This document shows, in pieces, positions 40,144 through 54,417 of a stretch of DNA of 64,000 nucleotides; within the stretch, counting starts at the first letter, position 1; the number at the start of each line of letters is the position of its first letter. A program made the translations under genes and the position numbers. This DNA comes from Octopus vulgaris (Eukaryota), in assembly GCA_951406725.2 (NCBI GenBank), contig OX597831.1:10974001-11038000 (forward strand), given 5' to 3'. The notes beneath the pieces are model-generated. The model was not told the origin of the DNA, did no database searches, and worked only from the letters and a program-made list of their open reading frames with translations.

Positions 40144-40504
40144 TCGCTTTCTAGATCTAATTATAGAACAGCATAATTTTACTTATCCTTTTTTTGAAAT
40201 TACGCATTCTATCCTACCACATTTCAATACCATTCTCACCTGGGGCTTCACAGCAAATGTAATAAAAGATTCTCTGCAAGAATCACATAAATTTGCCATT
40301 TTCTTTCATATGCTTCATCAGATTACTCAGCATTTCTTGCGCACCCTTCTTCTGTATTTCCTGGCTGCTTATAACAGCGTATCAAGCTTAGGTATTAGTT
40401 CACTGTCAGACATTACTGAAATGGCTCTAATCATCCTCAAACACGATCTCTTTCTTCTGTTGCCCAATACTAATTATCTTCATTCTTTTACATTTTATCT
40501 CTTA

Positions 40505-41005
<501 letters not shown>

Positions 41006-41231
41006 CGAAGTTCCGAGCATTTAGCCTCTATATTTTAATGGTAGTTTTAAACGTTTTGTCCATCTCCTCCATCATTTCCTCTTCTAATTCACAATTTCCT
41101 GTATTCTTATTCCTTTCCTCCTAATTTCACAAACTGCAACATTGAAGCCATGTTTATCCCCCATATTTTCATCGATGTGGAGATAACGCTACATGGTATC
41201 TCTCGACCTGCTGTAAATAGCTGTCAAATCT

Positions 41232-41726
41232 CAGCTCAGCTACTGGGAAAGGTTGAAACAGCTAAGACTCTACTCCCTGGAGAGAAGACGGGAGAGGTAT
41301 GCAGTAATATATGTCTGGAAGATCCTGGAAGGAATTGTGCCAAATTTTGGCATTGTAAGCTACACCAATGCTAGAACGGGACGACACTGCATAGTGCCAA
41401 AGATCCCAGCAATGCCATAACGCTTCAGGACCAGCTTCTGCAACAGCCTGGGTTTCATGGGCCCACAGCTTTTTAATATTCTCCCAAAGAGCCTGAGGAA
41501 CTTGCTCAAAGTAGATGAAGCAGTTTTTAAATCAAAGCTGAACCTCTTCCTGTCGAGAGTCCCAGATGAACCTACCTCACAGCAAGAAGTGCAAATGAGA
41601 GTAGCTACATCAAACTCCATTCTTCACCAAGTGCCACATATTAGAAGAGGCTCTTAGAAATAACAGTGTAGCAAGACGGCGGTGCACCAGCATGGCCGTA
41701 GCTCTGAGCTGAAACAAGAAAAAAAA
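41232..41726 (+). mobile_element. 5'-truncated CR1-group LINE: ORF2 C-terminus and 3' UTR
   Basis: LSYWERLKQLRLYSLERRRERYAVIYVWKILEGIVPNFG...P*RFRTSFCNSLGFMGPQLFNILPKSLRN...FKSKLNLFLSRVPDEP; one premature stop at 41418-41420, natural stop ending at 41657, A-rich end. Confidence 0.88.
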
Positions 41727-44700
41727 TCCATGAACACTGTAGCGTTTTTAGAAAATAGTAAGACAAAATGAAGTATCCGATATTTGATAAATAAGGCTAA
41801 AAATAAAAGGAGATTGGCATGGTTGGACAGCTTTTGATTGGTGCGATCGTAGCCAGCTTGGCCGAAACAACGAATTCCATGTTTTACCTTCCGATTTTTA
41901 TCATTTCATTTATGACTGATAAATTTTCTTTCCATCACTTCACCGCACTTAGTATCTCTTCTCTGTCTTTCTATCCACCTCTCTCTACTCCTTTCTTTTT
42001 CTCATTCTGCCCCCTCTCTCTCTCTCTCCCCCCTTTTTTCTCAATTCTTTGTTTTTCTACCAGAGCGTTTTATATGACTCAATGACTCCCAGATTTATTT
42101 GTCCTACAACAGGTTCCCATCTCCTGCATTTCGTACCTTCTCTTCAACTTTATACTTTAGTATCTACTAAAGTATAACTATCCACATAACCACATAACAA
42201 AAATTGCTGAAACCTGTAGAAATTCCACATTCTATAGTTTCTTATATTTATCTTCTTACTTCATAATACGATATTGATATATAAGTCTGTAGACCTTCAT
42301 AATAATGTTTTATGTTAAACATTTCGATTATGTATCCAATGCTGTTCCATAATTACGCTTATAAAAGCATTATACGCAAAGAGATCATGGCAAACAACAT
42401 ATTGCTACCCCCACAGTATGCAACAGAAAGATGCACACGTGCTTCAGATGGGTATAGTTTCTATTCTTGTTTTTTTTATCTTGCTTCTCTTAGTCTACTT
42501 TGATAAAGTGTTTCACCCGAAACATCTGTTTTCTTTTCCGTTTCCTTTTTATCGGAATATAATTCACTGGGCACAACTTTCGTTGTTAGTTTTTGTGTCT
42601 ACATTTTATCCATCAATTGTAGAAGTTTTGTCTGCCTCCTGTAACCTTTCTCGTTGTCCATCTATCTATCTCTTATTCCCGTCTTTCTCTTTTATCTATT
42701 TCACCTAAGAATATTATCATCGTCTGTTTAGTCTATGGAACAGTTGTATAGTTGGGTTACTACCAGGCGGAATCTATCCTCTCCGATATTTCACCGTTCT
42801 TTTCACATGCTCAGCTTATCAATCTCTATCGTTAATGCTCATTGTACAATAAAACAAAACAATTTCTATAAGATCGCTTGTCCTAATCAAACATCCACCG
42901 GCGTCCAAGTGTGTTTATTATCGAAATGTTGACTACTTCCATTCCATTTGTTTGTTTCCAATCCATTACTCGATGAATCCTCAACATTCTGTTTATCTGT
43001 TTGTCCGTAAAAATTGTCGGTTCCAGTCCATACCAATCAATGGTGATCGCGAATAATCTATTCCATCAGAACATATGTAGAATTAGAACTCGAAGCGTAA
43101 AGAGCGGGAACAGATAATACTAGCTATTTCGCCCCCAACACTCCAAGAATTCCATTAATCCATTGACTCGGTTGTTTATCGATCCGGAAAGGATGAACGG
43201 CAAAGTTGGTTAATAGCATCAGATAATTTTGCATGATACGGTGGAAGGAGGATCAGGCTCATAAAATATTTCTCGGTTTATTGATGTCGCGAAACTGTGT
43301 TCTGTAATTCGTTCGTTGTACGAAAGTCGATGTGAATACGATGGAACAATTTGAGCGAAAATATTTAAATGTCATTTGTCGTTCGCAAATGTGGAAAATG
43401 TTCACGGCGAAATACGCTGACAAGTTAAACGGACGGATTGCAATTCTAGGAAGAATAAATGATACATGAAGTATATAAATCTGCATTTTGTAGATACTCA
43501 GACATACATTAAAGCAAAATTGTGCGTGGAGAAAGCTATAAATATGAGAATCAATAATGAGTACTGTGTGAGAATTGAAAGACATTCTAAACATTTATTT
43601 GAACATTAGGGATATTGGTAAATGCGATTGACATACTTTATGTAGTAGAGTATCACGTGATTTGGAAGAGGACATAACGTGATACGAAACTGAAAACAAT
43701 TTATCACAACACTGGAAACTTATGAAAAAAGAAACAGCACAAATATATTATGAACAACAAATTTACAATTCAGAAGAGAAAGTTGCCAGATTCTTGTTAG
43801 TATCAGATAACAGTTTAAGAAAGTAATTAAGGCTGCCCATTATATTTTACATTGAAATGAAAATAATACAGGGACCATTCAGAAAGCATTCATCGCCAGT
43901 AAAGGAAATGTGTGAAATAATATACTTTTGTCGGTGTAGAAAAAACAATATCAGAACGTCTTATACGTCAGGGATACAGAGACGATGTTTACAACGAGCA
44001 ACACTCGTTATTTTGATGGGGCTATTAAACATTAGACATTTGAAAAGGGCTGTTTCAGCGGTATTGATTATGCCTTTTATGCGGGCGAAATGGAAGAAGG
44101 ATTATGTTAATCATTGCTTTCTGCTTTGATTTTAAGAGAACAGAGTGTGGTTTAGTAGGAATTTGGTTTCAAATTCTAACAGAACGAACAAGCATATTGC
44201 GTTCCAAAACTAAGGTAGTAAGTATTTCATCTTATGGAAATGTTTGAATGATTAAACATTATTTATGAGACTTTCAGACGGCTGAGTTGAATTGTAGTGG
44301 ATATTAGAAACTGAAAGTAAAGCATAAACCCACAATCGTATTCCAGAAGGGCAAAAACCTCTCCTGCACCAGAACTCTTAGGAGCTTCATAGGCAGCTTC
44401 ATTCTTGAAGAAATCTTCAATGTTGAATGAGTCAAGTGACATCCGGGTAACGATGTAACAGCTTTACCAGAAAAGATGACATTTTGTTTTTTGTTTGTTT
44501 TTTTCTTCATACCGAATTCCATTAGTAATAAGTTCATGTCGAAGTAGCCTCTTTCTTTTAGGGGCTTGTCTATCGTTCAAGTTGAATGGAAGGATTCTTG
44601 CCGCTGCGTTCTTCCATTTCGTGTTCGTCGACGTGGATTCGTGGCGGCTGGCGAGTTCTTGAAATACTGCCGCCGCCATAACTTCCACCTTCCTCCCCCT

Positions 44701-45389
44701 AAACCCCCAATGGTTTGCACCCCGGAGCATCCGCGCTTGCTACGGGCGTCTACACCTCGCTAATAGCAGAAATCGATTAACAATATATATTTCACGAACT
44801 TTTTTCCAGCACCACCAGGGGCATCTAAAATATAGGTGACTTCATTCTGCTGGGAGGTAACGCTAAAAACTTGGCCGTTACAAATGAATATCAAACGGTA
44901 GCATGTATCACACACTCATCAATTGTTTTCGGCTCTGCTAAATTTAACCCAGCAGCATATAACATCGCGTATATAACAGCTAGAGGAAGAAATGACCGCT
45001 CGAGCAATCGGCTTATACATATTTTCAACTGAGTAGAAGAAAGATAGAGATTTTTAATGATAATAATACAAATATTGCATATTTTGATATCTTACAGGCC
45101 CAGAAAAATGTTTAATTTTCTGTTTAATGAGAAATAAAATGTGAACGAGGACATCGGACACTTTTTTCCCCTTTCCTTAACTCAGGTCTGTCTCTTCTGC
45201 TTCGCTCCATTTGGACCGTTACTTTCCCAGTTTTTTCCTCAGCTTCCAGCATTTCTCTGACGGAAAGCCTTCCTCTCCCAGGTCTTGATAGTTCTGAATT
45301 ATCTTTGAAGCATCTGTAAACTTTCTTCTTTAATAGAAAGGAGTGTTTGGTTATACACTAACCCATTTTTACCAATGATAAGGGGTGAT

Positions 45390-45505
45390 CCATATTAGTC
45401 GACCCCTGGCCTGTCTAGCAGAGAAGGCCTACCAGGAGCTTACACTCTGCTGACATGGCCCTCATGGTCATTAAGGCATGCAGGCCACCACATCACAACA
45501 AGAAA
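45390..45505 (-). mobile_element. Decayed RTE-like 5' UTR segment (possible HDV-like ribozyme remnant)
   Basis: Minus strand CTTGTTGTGATGTGGTGGCCTGCATGCCTTAATGACCATGAGGGCCATGTCAGCAGAGTGTAACTCCTGGTAGG resembles the CCTTGTCGTGG..GCTTGCGTGCCTCAATGA..GAGCTATGCC leader recalled for RTE elements. Confidence 0.45.
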
Positions 45506-46084
45506 GGATAGGAATATTGTATTTTGAGCATATTTTTGGAGATTATTCTTCTAAATGCACGTTTGCGATTTTGTCCCCATATTTGACAACCCCGAGATAG
45601 GCACGATTGCAATAGTGAGGCATAATAAATGAAATTATATTTTCAATCGCATAATTTTGGTGGTAGATTAAAAACTCGTTTCAGAACTGCAAGTTTTCAG
45701 TTTCGATCCCACTCTTACACACTTTGGCTCTTTGGATAACTGTCACTTATCTCAACCTCAGATCGATGAAGTCTGTCAGAAGGACGTTTCTTTCTCTGAT
45801 ATGTTAACCTGTTGCTTCGTTTCTCCCCCATCTAACCCAAACGTTTACCTAGGAATCTCTCCCGTCGTCTCACCAGTTTGGCGGGCCTGAACTGGGTACT
45901 AGAAATTGCCCTTTCTAGTCTATTCTTCCCTAGCAATTAGAAATACTACGTATGTGCCCTTCAGGCACCCTTTTTCTCTTTAAAAGTTTGAACATACATA
46001 CATATAAGGCGGTGCTCCAGCATAGCCACAGTTAAATGAGTGAAACAAGTAAAAGATTAAAAAATAAGAGAATATATTCCAGAG

Positions 46085-46645
<561 letters not shown>

Positions 46646-47450
46646 TGCAAAGTAGGATTCTTTCCGTCAACATTCAATGTAGATAAAGTAGAATCCGTTC
46701 CTGATTTTTGATCAAACAATATTTAATCTGTTTGGTTTCATATTTTGATGACATTAAAAGATATTTTAAGTCGATTAATTCTTTCATTTAATGTTTTGGG
46801 ACATGTATTGATCAGTCGTAGATTAATATCACAGGCAAAATAGAGCATTAAACTGCACTTGATAGAATGATATGGATCATTTTAAATATATATTGATAGA
46901 TAAATAGATAGATAGATAAAGAGAGAGCGAGAGAGATACATAGATCCATAGATAAATATATACATGGATACATACATACATACATACATACATACATACA
47001 TACATACATACATACATACATACATACATACATACATAGGAATATAGAAGCGAAATAGGTCAACGAAGTATGCCCTCTGGTACCACATCATTGATCGCCT
47101 CCAAATCGGAATAAATATATGATAGATATACCGAATTGCGAATCAAATAAAATTCAAGATTTTTACTTTGAGCTTAAAAGACCGATAATACCATAAAACC
47201 ACGCTGAAATACTGGCTTAATGTATGTAGAATCATAAGGTCGATACAACTGAATATCTCTTTTGCTAAATAAATAGAGATTGTTAATATATACTGAAGAT
47301 AGTCGATAGCTTTTGTGAATGTTTTCAGTACTGTTGTTCATGGCTTACACTGTTGAGCGTTTCCTTAGTAAACCAAACTACGTAGAGTTCAATCTATGAA
47401 ATGATATCCTAAACTGTACAAAGGCCTTTTCAATATTAGATGCCAGAAAC

Positions 47451-47848
47451 GCGGCCAGTTGGCAGAAACGTTAGCACGCCGGGCGAAATGCGTAGCCGTA
47501 TTTCGTCTGTCGTTACGTTCTGAGTTCAAATTCCACCGAGGTCGACTTTGCCTTTCATCCTTTCGGGGTCGATAAATTAAGTACCAGTTACGTACTGGAG
47601 TCGATATAATCGACTTAATCCGTTTGTCTGTCCTTGTTTGTCCTCTCTGTGTTTAGCCCCTTGTGGGTAGTAAAGAAATAGGTATTTCGTTTGCCGCTAC
47701 GTTCTGAGTTCAAATTCCGCCGAGGTCGACTTTGCCTTTCATTCTTTTAGGGATCGATAAATTAAGTACCAGTTGCGTACTGAGGTGGATCTAATTGATT
47801 AGCATCCTCCCCAAAAATTTCGGGCCTTATGCTTAGAACAGAAAAGAC
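47451..47848 (+). mobile_element. Dimeric SINE family A (type-i monomer joined to a headless type-ii monomer)
   Basis: Junction AAAGAAATAGGTATTTCGTTTGCCGCTACG at ~47672-47700. Confidence 0.9.
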
Positions 47849-47976
47849 TATTATTGTTGCTTCTTTCAGTTGACCAAATGTGGACACCTGGTTGCTTCTA
47901 TGCCTGTTTAGGCTTCATACTTTTTCTCCTATGTGCTGCGAATGTTGAGCAGGTTTGGTGTGTAAAATTCTTGCCT

Positions 47977-48013
<37 letters not shown>

Positions 48014-49365
48014 TTGCGTGTGTTCATTATTCTAATATGTTTTCTTGTTATTTTAGTTTTTAATTTGCTGGATTTTATTTTCAAAACGTGTATTTATCGC
48101 ATAGTGCCGTTTTCTGTTAGTTCGCATGACGCTTATGAAATATAAGGCGTTTTTTATTTATTTATTTAATTTTGTCCTCATAAGACCAACTCTGCCGTGA
48201 AACGGTCTCTCTAGCCTAGTTTAAATTTCCATTTTCGAATACTGGCTGTTCTCTGCTCTGGTAATAATAATGTTTCCTGAATTATTATTGCCTGGAAGTG
48301 ATGTGTCACAATAAAAAATTTTACTTCCATGAAGCTGCTTTTTATGCCGATAATGTTGAATTTTTAGGTTTCTTGTGTGTTTTCGTGTTTTAGTAAGTGT
48401 AATTCTCCGCGTCAAGCGTATATTTTTAACTGTATTCTATGCAAAACCGTCATGTTGAGAAAAAATATAACACAATTTCCAGTTTTGGGTCTTTTTTTTT
48501 TCTCTTCATCGTTGGTACTTCATTCGTCGTTAATGTCCTTTTTTCTCATAATTGTTGATGTTGTTTTGGTGATGATTCTGTGATTTTTTTTATAGACTGT
48601 AAAACCTTGTAGTTTTATGTTTTGGAACTCGATTCCTGCAGATTTCCAGCCATTACTGTCCTCTGAAATAATTTTCTCGAATGGCAAGAAATAATTATGT
48701 GCCTTGAGAACACACTGTTTGTCCAGCGCTCAAGCTGTGACCATCCTGTCTCCCGGCATATTATATTTAGTGTTGATTAACCCATAATTTCAAGACAGTA
48801 GAATCATTTGAATGTTTTTTAAAAAAAAAACTTATGTTTTGTTCAAGTATTAAAGGAAACTGAATGAAAAATTCACATCATAGAAATTGGTGTTTCCATT
48901 CATCCTTCTGAGCAATAAGAACTTACTTATCTGTCTCTAATCTAATACAGGAGGAGACACTTTTCTTATCTTACACTCGTTAAAGAGCTTAATCACAAAA
49001 TTCGAAGGAACATCATAATGTATTTTGCGTCATACCAGATATTGGTGTCGACTGCGATATTTTTCTTGTCGTTAGTTTCTGACAGTCAAAGATAATTTGA
49101 TGGGAAAGTGGCACAGCACAATATAGAGAGAAACTTGTTTGCTTCCCGTTTTTTCCCCCACTTCTGGTGTGCGTTGCAAAGTATCCAATGGTGTAGACGA
49201 GTTCTTCATCTGTGGCAATTGCATTCGCTATTAAGAAAGAGAAGCAAGTTGGTTCGGTGCAAAGCCTTTCTTCACTTCAAAATGCTTCAAGCACAGACAT
49301 CACTTGCTTTCTAACGTTTCTATTAATTTTTTTATTATGTGATGTATACTTTGGTTGGCTTTAAG

Positions 49366-49692
49366 CTGTGGTTCTCATTCGGGGCCCAGATAAGATTGCT
49401 GGGCGGCGGGGTCCACGCAGTAAAATAGTAAATTGGGAATCCACAATAATATTTTTATGGGCTTCTGAAAAAAATTTGCTCAAGATGTATGTATAGGTAT
49501 TTATAGCAAGAAAAAGGTTTCTTTCTCAAATGTTTTACATAATCCAACGTACAAAAGTTAATATGTAAAAAGCAAAATATAAATTTTGAAAGAAGCTTTT
49601 ATAAAACTAGATTTTAAACATCAAGTAGCTATGGGGTACGCCAGAAAAATATTGATCAAAGGGGTCCATGGATAAATGGCTGAGAATCCCTG
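49366..49692. mobile_element. hAT-like non-autonomous MITE
   Basis: Imperfect TIRs CTGTGGTTCTCA / TGAGAATCCCTG, subterminal GGGGTCCA motifs, and similar 8-bp flanks (CTTTAAGC / CTCTAACC). Confidence 0.6.
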
Positions 49693-49825
49693 CTCTAACC
49701 GAACAAGATTGAACACTCAATGAAAAATTCCATTTTGTAATGAAGGCGTGTGTTAGTGTAGGTGGTAACTTTTTTGAATGCCTGTGGCATGAGACACACA
49801 TCAGGGCCACATCTGTACAAAAGAG

Positions 49826-50190
49826 TGTATGTATGCATGCATGTATGTATGCATGCATGCATGCATGCATGCATGTATGTATGTATGTATGTATGTATGT
49901 ATGTATGTATGTATGCATGTATGCATGCATGTATGCATGTATGTATGCATGTATGTATGTATGTATGTATAAATGCATGCATGTGTGAATGCATGCATGT
50001 ATGTGTTTATGTATTAACGTATGTACGTACATATGCATCTATAAATGTATGTATGTATATATGAATGTATACATGTATGTATGTACGTATATATGTTTTT
50101 ATGTATTAACGTATGTACGTACGTACGTATGCATTTATAAGTGTATGTATGTATGCATGTATGTATGTATGTATGTATGTATGCATGCCT
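49826..50190. repeat. (ATGT/ATGC)n tetranucleotide tract with a higher-order repeat
   Basis: ATGTATTAACGTATGTACGTAC recurs at ~50009 and ~50101. Confidence 0.9.
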
Positions 50191-52535
50191 GCATTGTGTA
50201 TGTTAGGGAATGACTATTATATAAAACTAAAGAATGTGTGGAGAATAGGAGTAATAAGTGTACCGAGTTTGGTAAGCAGGTGTAGTAAACTCGCTGAGAA
50301 GAAAAATATAAAAACGGTTCAGCTTATTCTTTTAGAATTGTATGGAAAGTGTAACTTGGAAATGTTAGAGAAAGGTGCGAGAAAATGAACGTTGAGTCTT
50401 AAAGAAAATAAGAAAAAACATACTGTTGTGAATTTCCTCAAAAGTTTACAGTGTACGAAAATCCTGCGGAACAATACTGGCAAGTTTCGAAACGCATTCA
50501 GAAAGTCTATTGTTCTGGTGAATGAAATAAAAGTGAGTCCTAGAAACCGGCCAGGACAATAGCAACAGCTATTAAATGGAATAATGTTGCGAAGCTATAA
50601 CCAACCTTATAATGCTAATTATAACGTGTACTGGAGCATTTCATTTCTATCACCGCATCGGTCTTCCTTTTCGTTCCTTTTTCACCAGTAATCAGTTCCT
50701 TCTTTTCTTCTTTACCAATCCTACTTCTCAATGACAGGAAATTCGTATTCTCTAAACAGTCAGCGAAATTGACAGGTAGGCATTTAGTTCTAATATTAGT
50801 TGATAAAATTTGTTTGAAATTCCCTTATACTTAACGCTTCTTCCAGCATCTTTCGGTTTGAACAGAGTTCTTGATGGAACTGCCTTACTTTACCTCGATT
50901 TAAGTATTCCTATTTGTTCCTGTAAAAGAAAATTCCTTCAGAATAGTTCAATGAAGTGAGCAAATGTATGCTTCTGGTGAAAACCATGAAGAGAGAAATT
51001 AGAATGGTTACAATGTGTTTTGTAGTTTGAATAAAATATTACTTCAAGACCCAGTGCCCTAATAAACCCTACTCTTTTCATATTTACTGTTCATCTTTTG
51101 TTTTCATTCGTGCATGCTCCTCTTAATGTTTAACCATTTATATGTCCCTCCTATGATTTTTAACTACATTCAATGGTTGAGCTCTGATTCAAGGATTCTA
51201 AGGTTTTGAAGATGTGGACCCACCTTTTGAACACTATTGTTTCTCATCTAATAACATTGTGTAGCTGTGTCTTGTTGAAGCGTCTTGTGTCGAAACGACG
51301 GAAGTCCACCACTCAAACGCAGGATTCCTACCAAAACTTTATCGCTATTAGTGACCATGGTATTCCCTAATTACTAATTGTATTTCATCTAATGCAGCCA
51401 TCTGCTCAAATTATGAAATGGAAGGCATGGGTATGAAATTATCATTTCTTTGTGTTGATGTTAAAAGGCTGAAGCATGCTCAACAGTTACGATGTAGTGC
51501 TGCCATCTATTCACAAAAATACTTTATAATTAGGTTTCAGCAAAGATTTGCTTTACCACATACCGAAGTTTAGAAATAGCAGCCAAAGTACCTTAGCTAA
51601 AGCAAATCTTTGCTGAACCTTAATTATAAAATATTACTTAAGTTTACCGTGAAATGGTCCTTTTTCATGCCGAATTCTACTTGGTGAAATTATTGATTAC
51701 TAGTTAATTAATTAATTTTACTCCTTGTTATTATTGACAATATTATTCACAAAAGTACTTAGAACCAACCTGAGGATTAACAAATTATTTTAAATCAAGG
51801 ATTGTAAACTTTGGAGGATTAGAAAAAGATACACACACGGTGTTTCAAACAACCTTCAATGCTCGTAACCTCAATGGTTATGTCACTGGTTGAGTATTTA
51901 TAATTACAATATATAATGAATTATTTGTTAATTTGGACCAACCTGGAAATACCTATACGTTAAGTACGTATATACGTGATATATTACAGAAGAATATGAC
52001 AGTCTTTGTATCTTTATATGGCTTGAAAATATAGCGATCGATAAGTGACTGAGGTTAGCAACGTGTATGAAATAAAGAAGTGGTCTTTGACTTTTATTTT
52101 GCTCATATTTATAATTGACGTATGTTAGTGAAATATATATTGTCTGCTGTTGATTTAGGTAGAAATAACACTAAACATGCGGAATAATATTGACCAAATT
52201 AAGAAAAATAAGAAGTAAAAACCATAATATATCAATTATTAATCGCCACAGACAGACAGAAAAGAGTTAAAGGAAGTTGAAAAAGCAAGTTTTGAAACTA
52301 GCAACAGAGAACCCAGAAGAGGCCTCTTCATATCAAACACTGGAGAATATAAAGTCTTGGAAGAAAATATTTATTCTCTTAGAAGATGAACAAATATCGA
52401 TTTTGAAGTGAACATAGAGCAAATGTCGCTTATTTTGTCAGACTAAAAACGATTACGTCATCAAGAACTTCTACACGGTGGATCGATTGGAGTGAGCTGC
52501 TAACAATAGCAAGCAAATCTCCTTCAGATCACACC

Positions 52536-52770
52536 ATACCTATTTCTTTATTACCCACAAGGGCTAAACACAGAGGGGACAAACAAGGACAGACACACGG
52601 ATTAAGTCGATTACATCGACCCCAGTGCGTAACTGGCACATTTAATCGACCTCGAAAGGATGAAAGGCAAAGTCGACCACGGCGGAATTTGAACTCAGAA
52701 CGTAGCGGCAGACGAAACACCGTTAAGCATTTCGCCCGTCGTGCTAACGATCCTCCCAGCTCGCCGTCTT
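52536..52770 (-). mobile_element. SINE family A (tail type i)
   Basis: Homologous to 22129-22351. Confidence 0.9.
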
Positions 52771-53189
52771 AGGAATGGATACATTGGGTATTGTGCTCCT
52801 TGATGCACTGTGCCAAGAGTAAATAGAAGGGTTGTTCACTGATTGAATGTCTTATATCATAGATACGATTAATCAAGATTGACCCACGGCTAAAAACAGA
52901 GACAACTGTGCTCCAAAGTCTGTTGGAATCTGTTTCGCAAGTATTACTTTTATACGTTTCCAAAGTGATATTAGCACACAATCGACAGAAAATTTTGAAA
53001 AACAAAAACACAAGAAAATATCACAGGAATTAAACCTGGAAACACAGTCGTAAAACACAACTTTTTATTGTTAATTACAAAGAAAGAATATCAAAAGCAA
53101 ATAATATTGCCTTAGATGTTATCGAAGTGTTCATAATTTGGCAATGTTGGCCATTGTGAATTAATAAAAGAAATTGGCAGTCGTCGCAG

Positions 53190-53625
53190 ATGTGGCTGCG
53201 TGGTGGAGAAGCTTTGCGCCACTTGTTTTCGTGTTCTGTGCCACTGTGCGGCACCTTGGACAAGTGTGTTCTACAATATCTCTCAGGTTCGACTACTTTC
53301 TTGTGAGAGATTTTGATAGGCGGAAACTGTGAATCCCCAATGGAAGCCCGGCGTATATACATTTACATGTGTGTGTGTGATGAGTGTATTTGTCTCCATC
53401 GTTTGACGACCGATGTTAGTTTATTCAGCTCTATATTTAAGAGATGAGGAATTATTTACAATATTTACATTATTTACATTCGACGGATATTTGTCCTCAT
53501 CTTGTTTGTTGTTAACACAACGTTTCGGCTGATATACCCTCCATCTTTCATCAGGTATCTTGGGGAAATTTCGAACCTGCGTTCTCTTTCCTAAGGTATT
53601 TTTCGATGTTGTTGTTGTTATTATG

Positions 53626-53681
<56 letters not shown>

Positions 53682-54170
53682 CATTCAGGTAACTGCCAGG
53701 AATCGAACTCGGAATTTTGGGGTTAGTAGCCTACGCTCTTAACCACTACGTCCCGGGCATATGGCGTAGTGGTTAAGAGCGCGGGCTTACTAACCCCAAG
53801 ATTCCGAGTTGGATTCCAAGCATTGACCTGAATAATAATAATAATGCTAATAATAATAACATCGAAAAATACCTTAGGAGTGAGAACTCAGTTTTGAAAT
53901 TTCCCCAAGACACCCGATGAAGGCTGGAGGGTATATCAGCCGAAACGTTGTGTTAACAACAAACAAGATGAGGACAAATATCTGTCAAATGCAAATAACG
54001 GCGTTAGTTTGTTTCCATCCGCGTAGCTTAGCAGTTCGTTAAAATGGTCGGTAGAATAAGCGCCAGACTTTTAAATAAGCGCTGGGATCAATTTCTTCAA
54101 CAAAGCCCTTCAGTGCAGTGCTGCAGCATGGCCACAATCCAATGACTGAAACAAGCAAAATATAAAAGAA
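53190..54170 (+). mobile_element. Decayed SINE family C split by the palindromic element
   Basis: Head 53190-53421 (GTGGCTGCGTGG..CACCTTGGACAAGTG); remainder 54004-54170 (..GCAGCATGGCCACAATCCAATGACTGAAAC); GTTAGTTT is duplicated at both junctions. Confidence 0.8.
53425..54000. mobile_element. Palindromic element: two head-to-head arms, each tRNA-like head + (AAT)n + hammerhead
   Basis: Centre ~53750-53762. Right arm has A box TGGCGTAGTGG and B-box-like GAGTTGGATTCC (GAGTTCGATTCC on the left arm). Hammerheads at 53909-53954 (+) and 53514-53559 (-). Confidence 0.88.
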
Positions 54171-54186
54171 TCCTTTAGAATATAGT

Positions 54187-54417
54187 TCTTTCTTTACTAC
54201 CACAAGGGACTAAACGCAGAGGGGACAAACAAGGACAGACAACGGATTAAGTCGATTACATCGACCCCAGTGCGTAGCTGGTTCTTAATTTATCGACTCC
54301 GAAAGGATGAAAGGTAAAGTCGATCTCGGCGGAATTTGAACTCAGAATGCAACGACAGACGAAATACTGCTACGCATTTCGCCCGGCGTGCTAACGTTTC
54401 TGCCAGCTCGCCGCCTT
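54187..54417 (-). mobile_element. SINE family A (tail type i)
   Basis: 20-bp TSD AGAATCCTTTAGAATATAGT at 54167-54186 and 54418-54437. Confidence 0.92.

Noticed and set aside
53755-53830. tRNA gene
   Set aside because: A/B boxes are present but there is no complete cloverleaf or acceptor stem; it is the head of a repeated element. The same applies to the SINE A, B and C heads.
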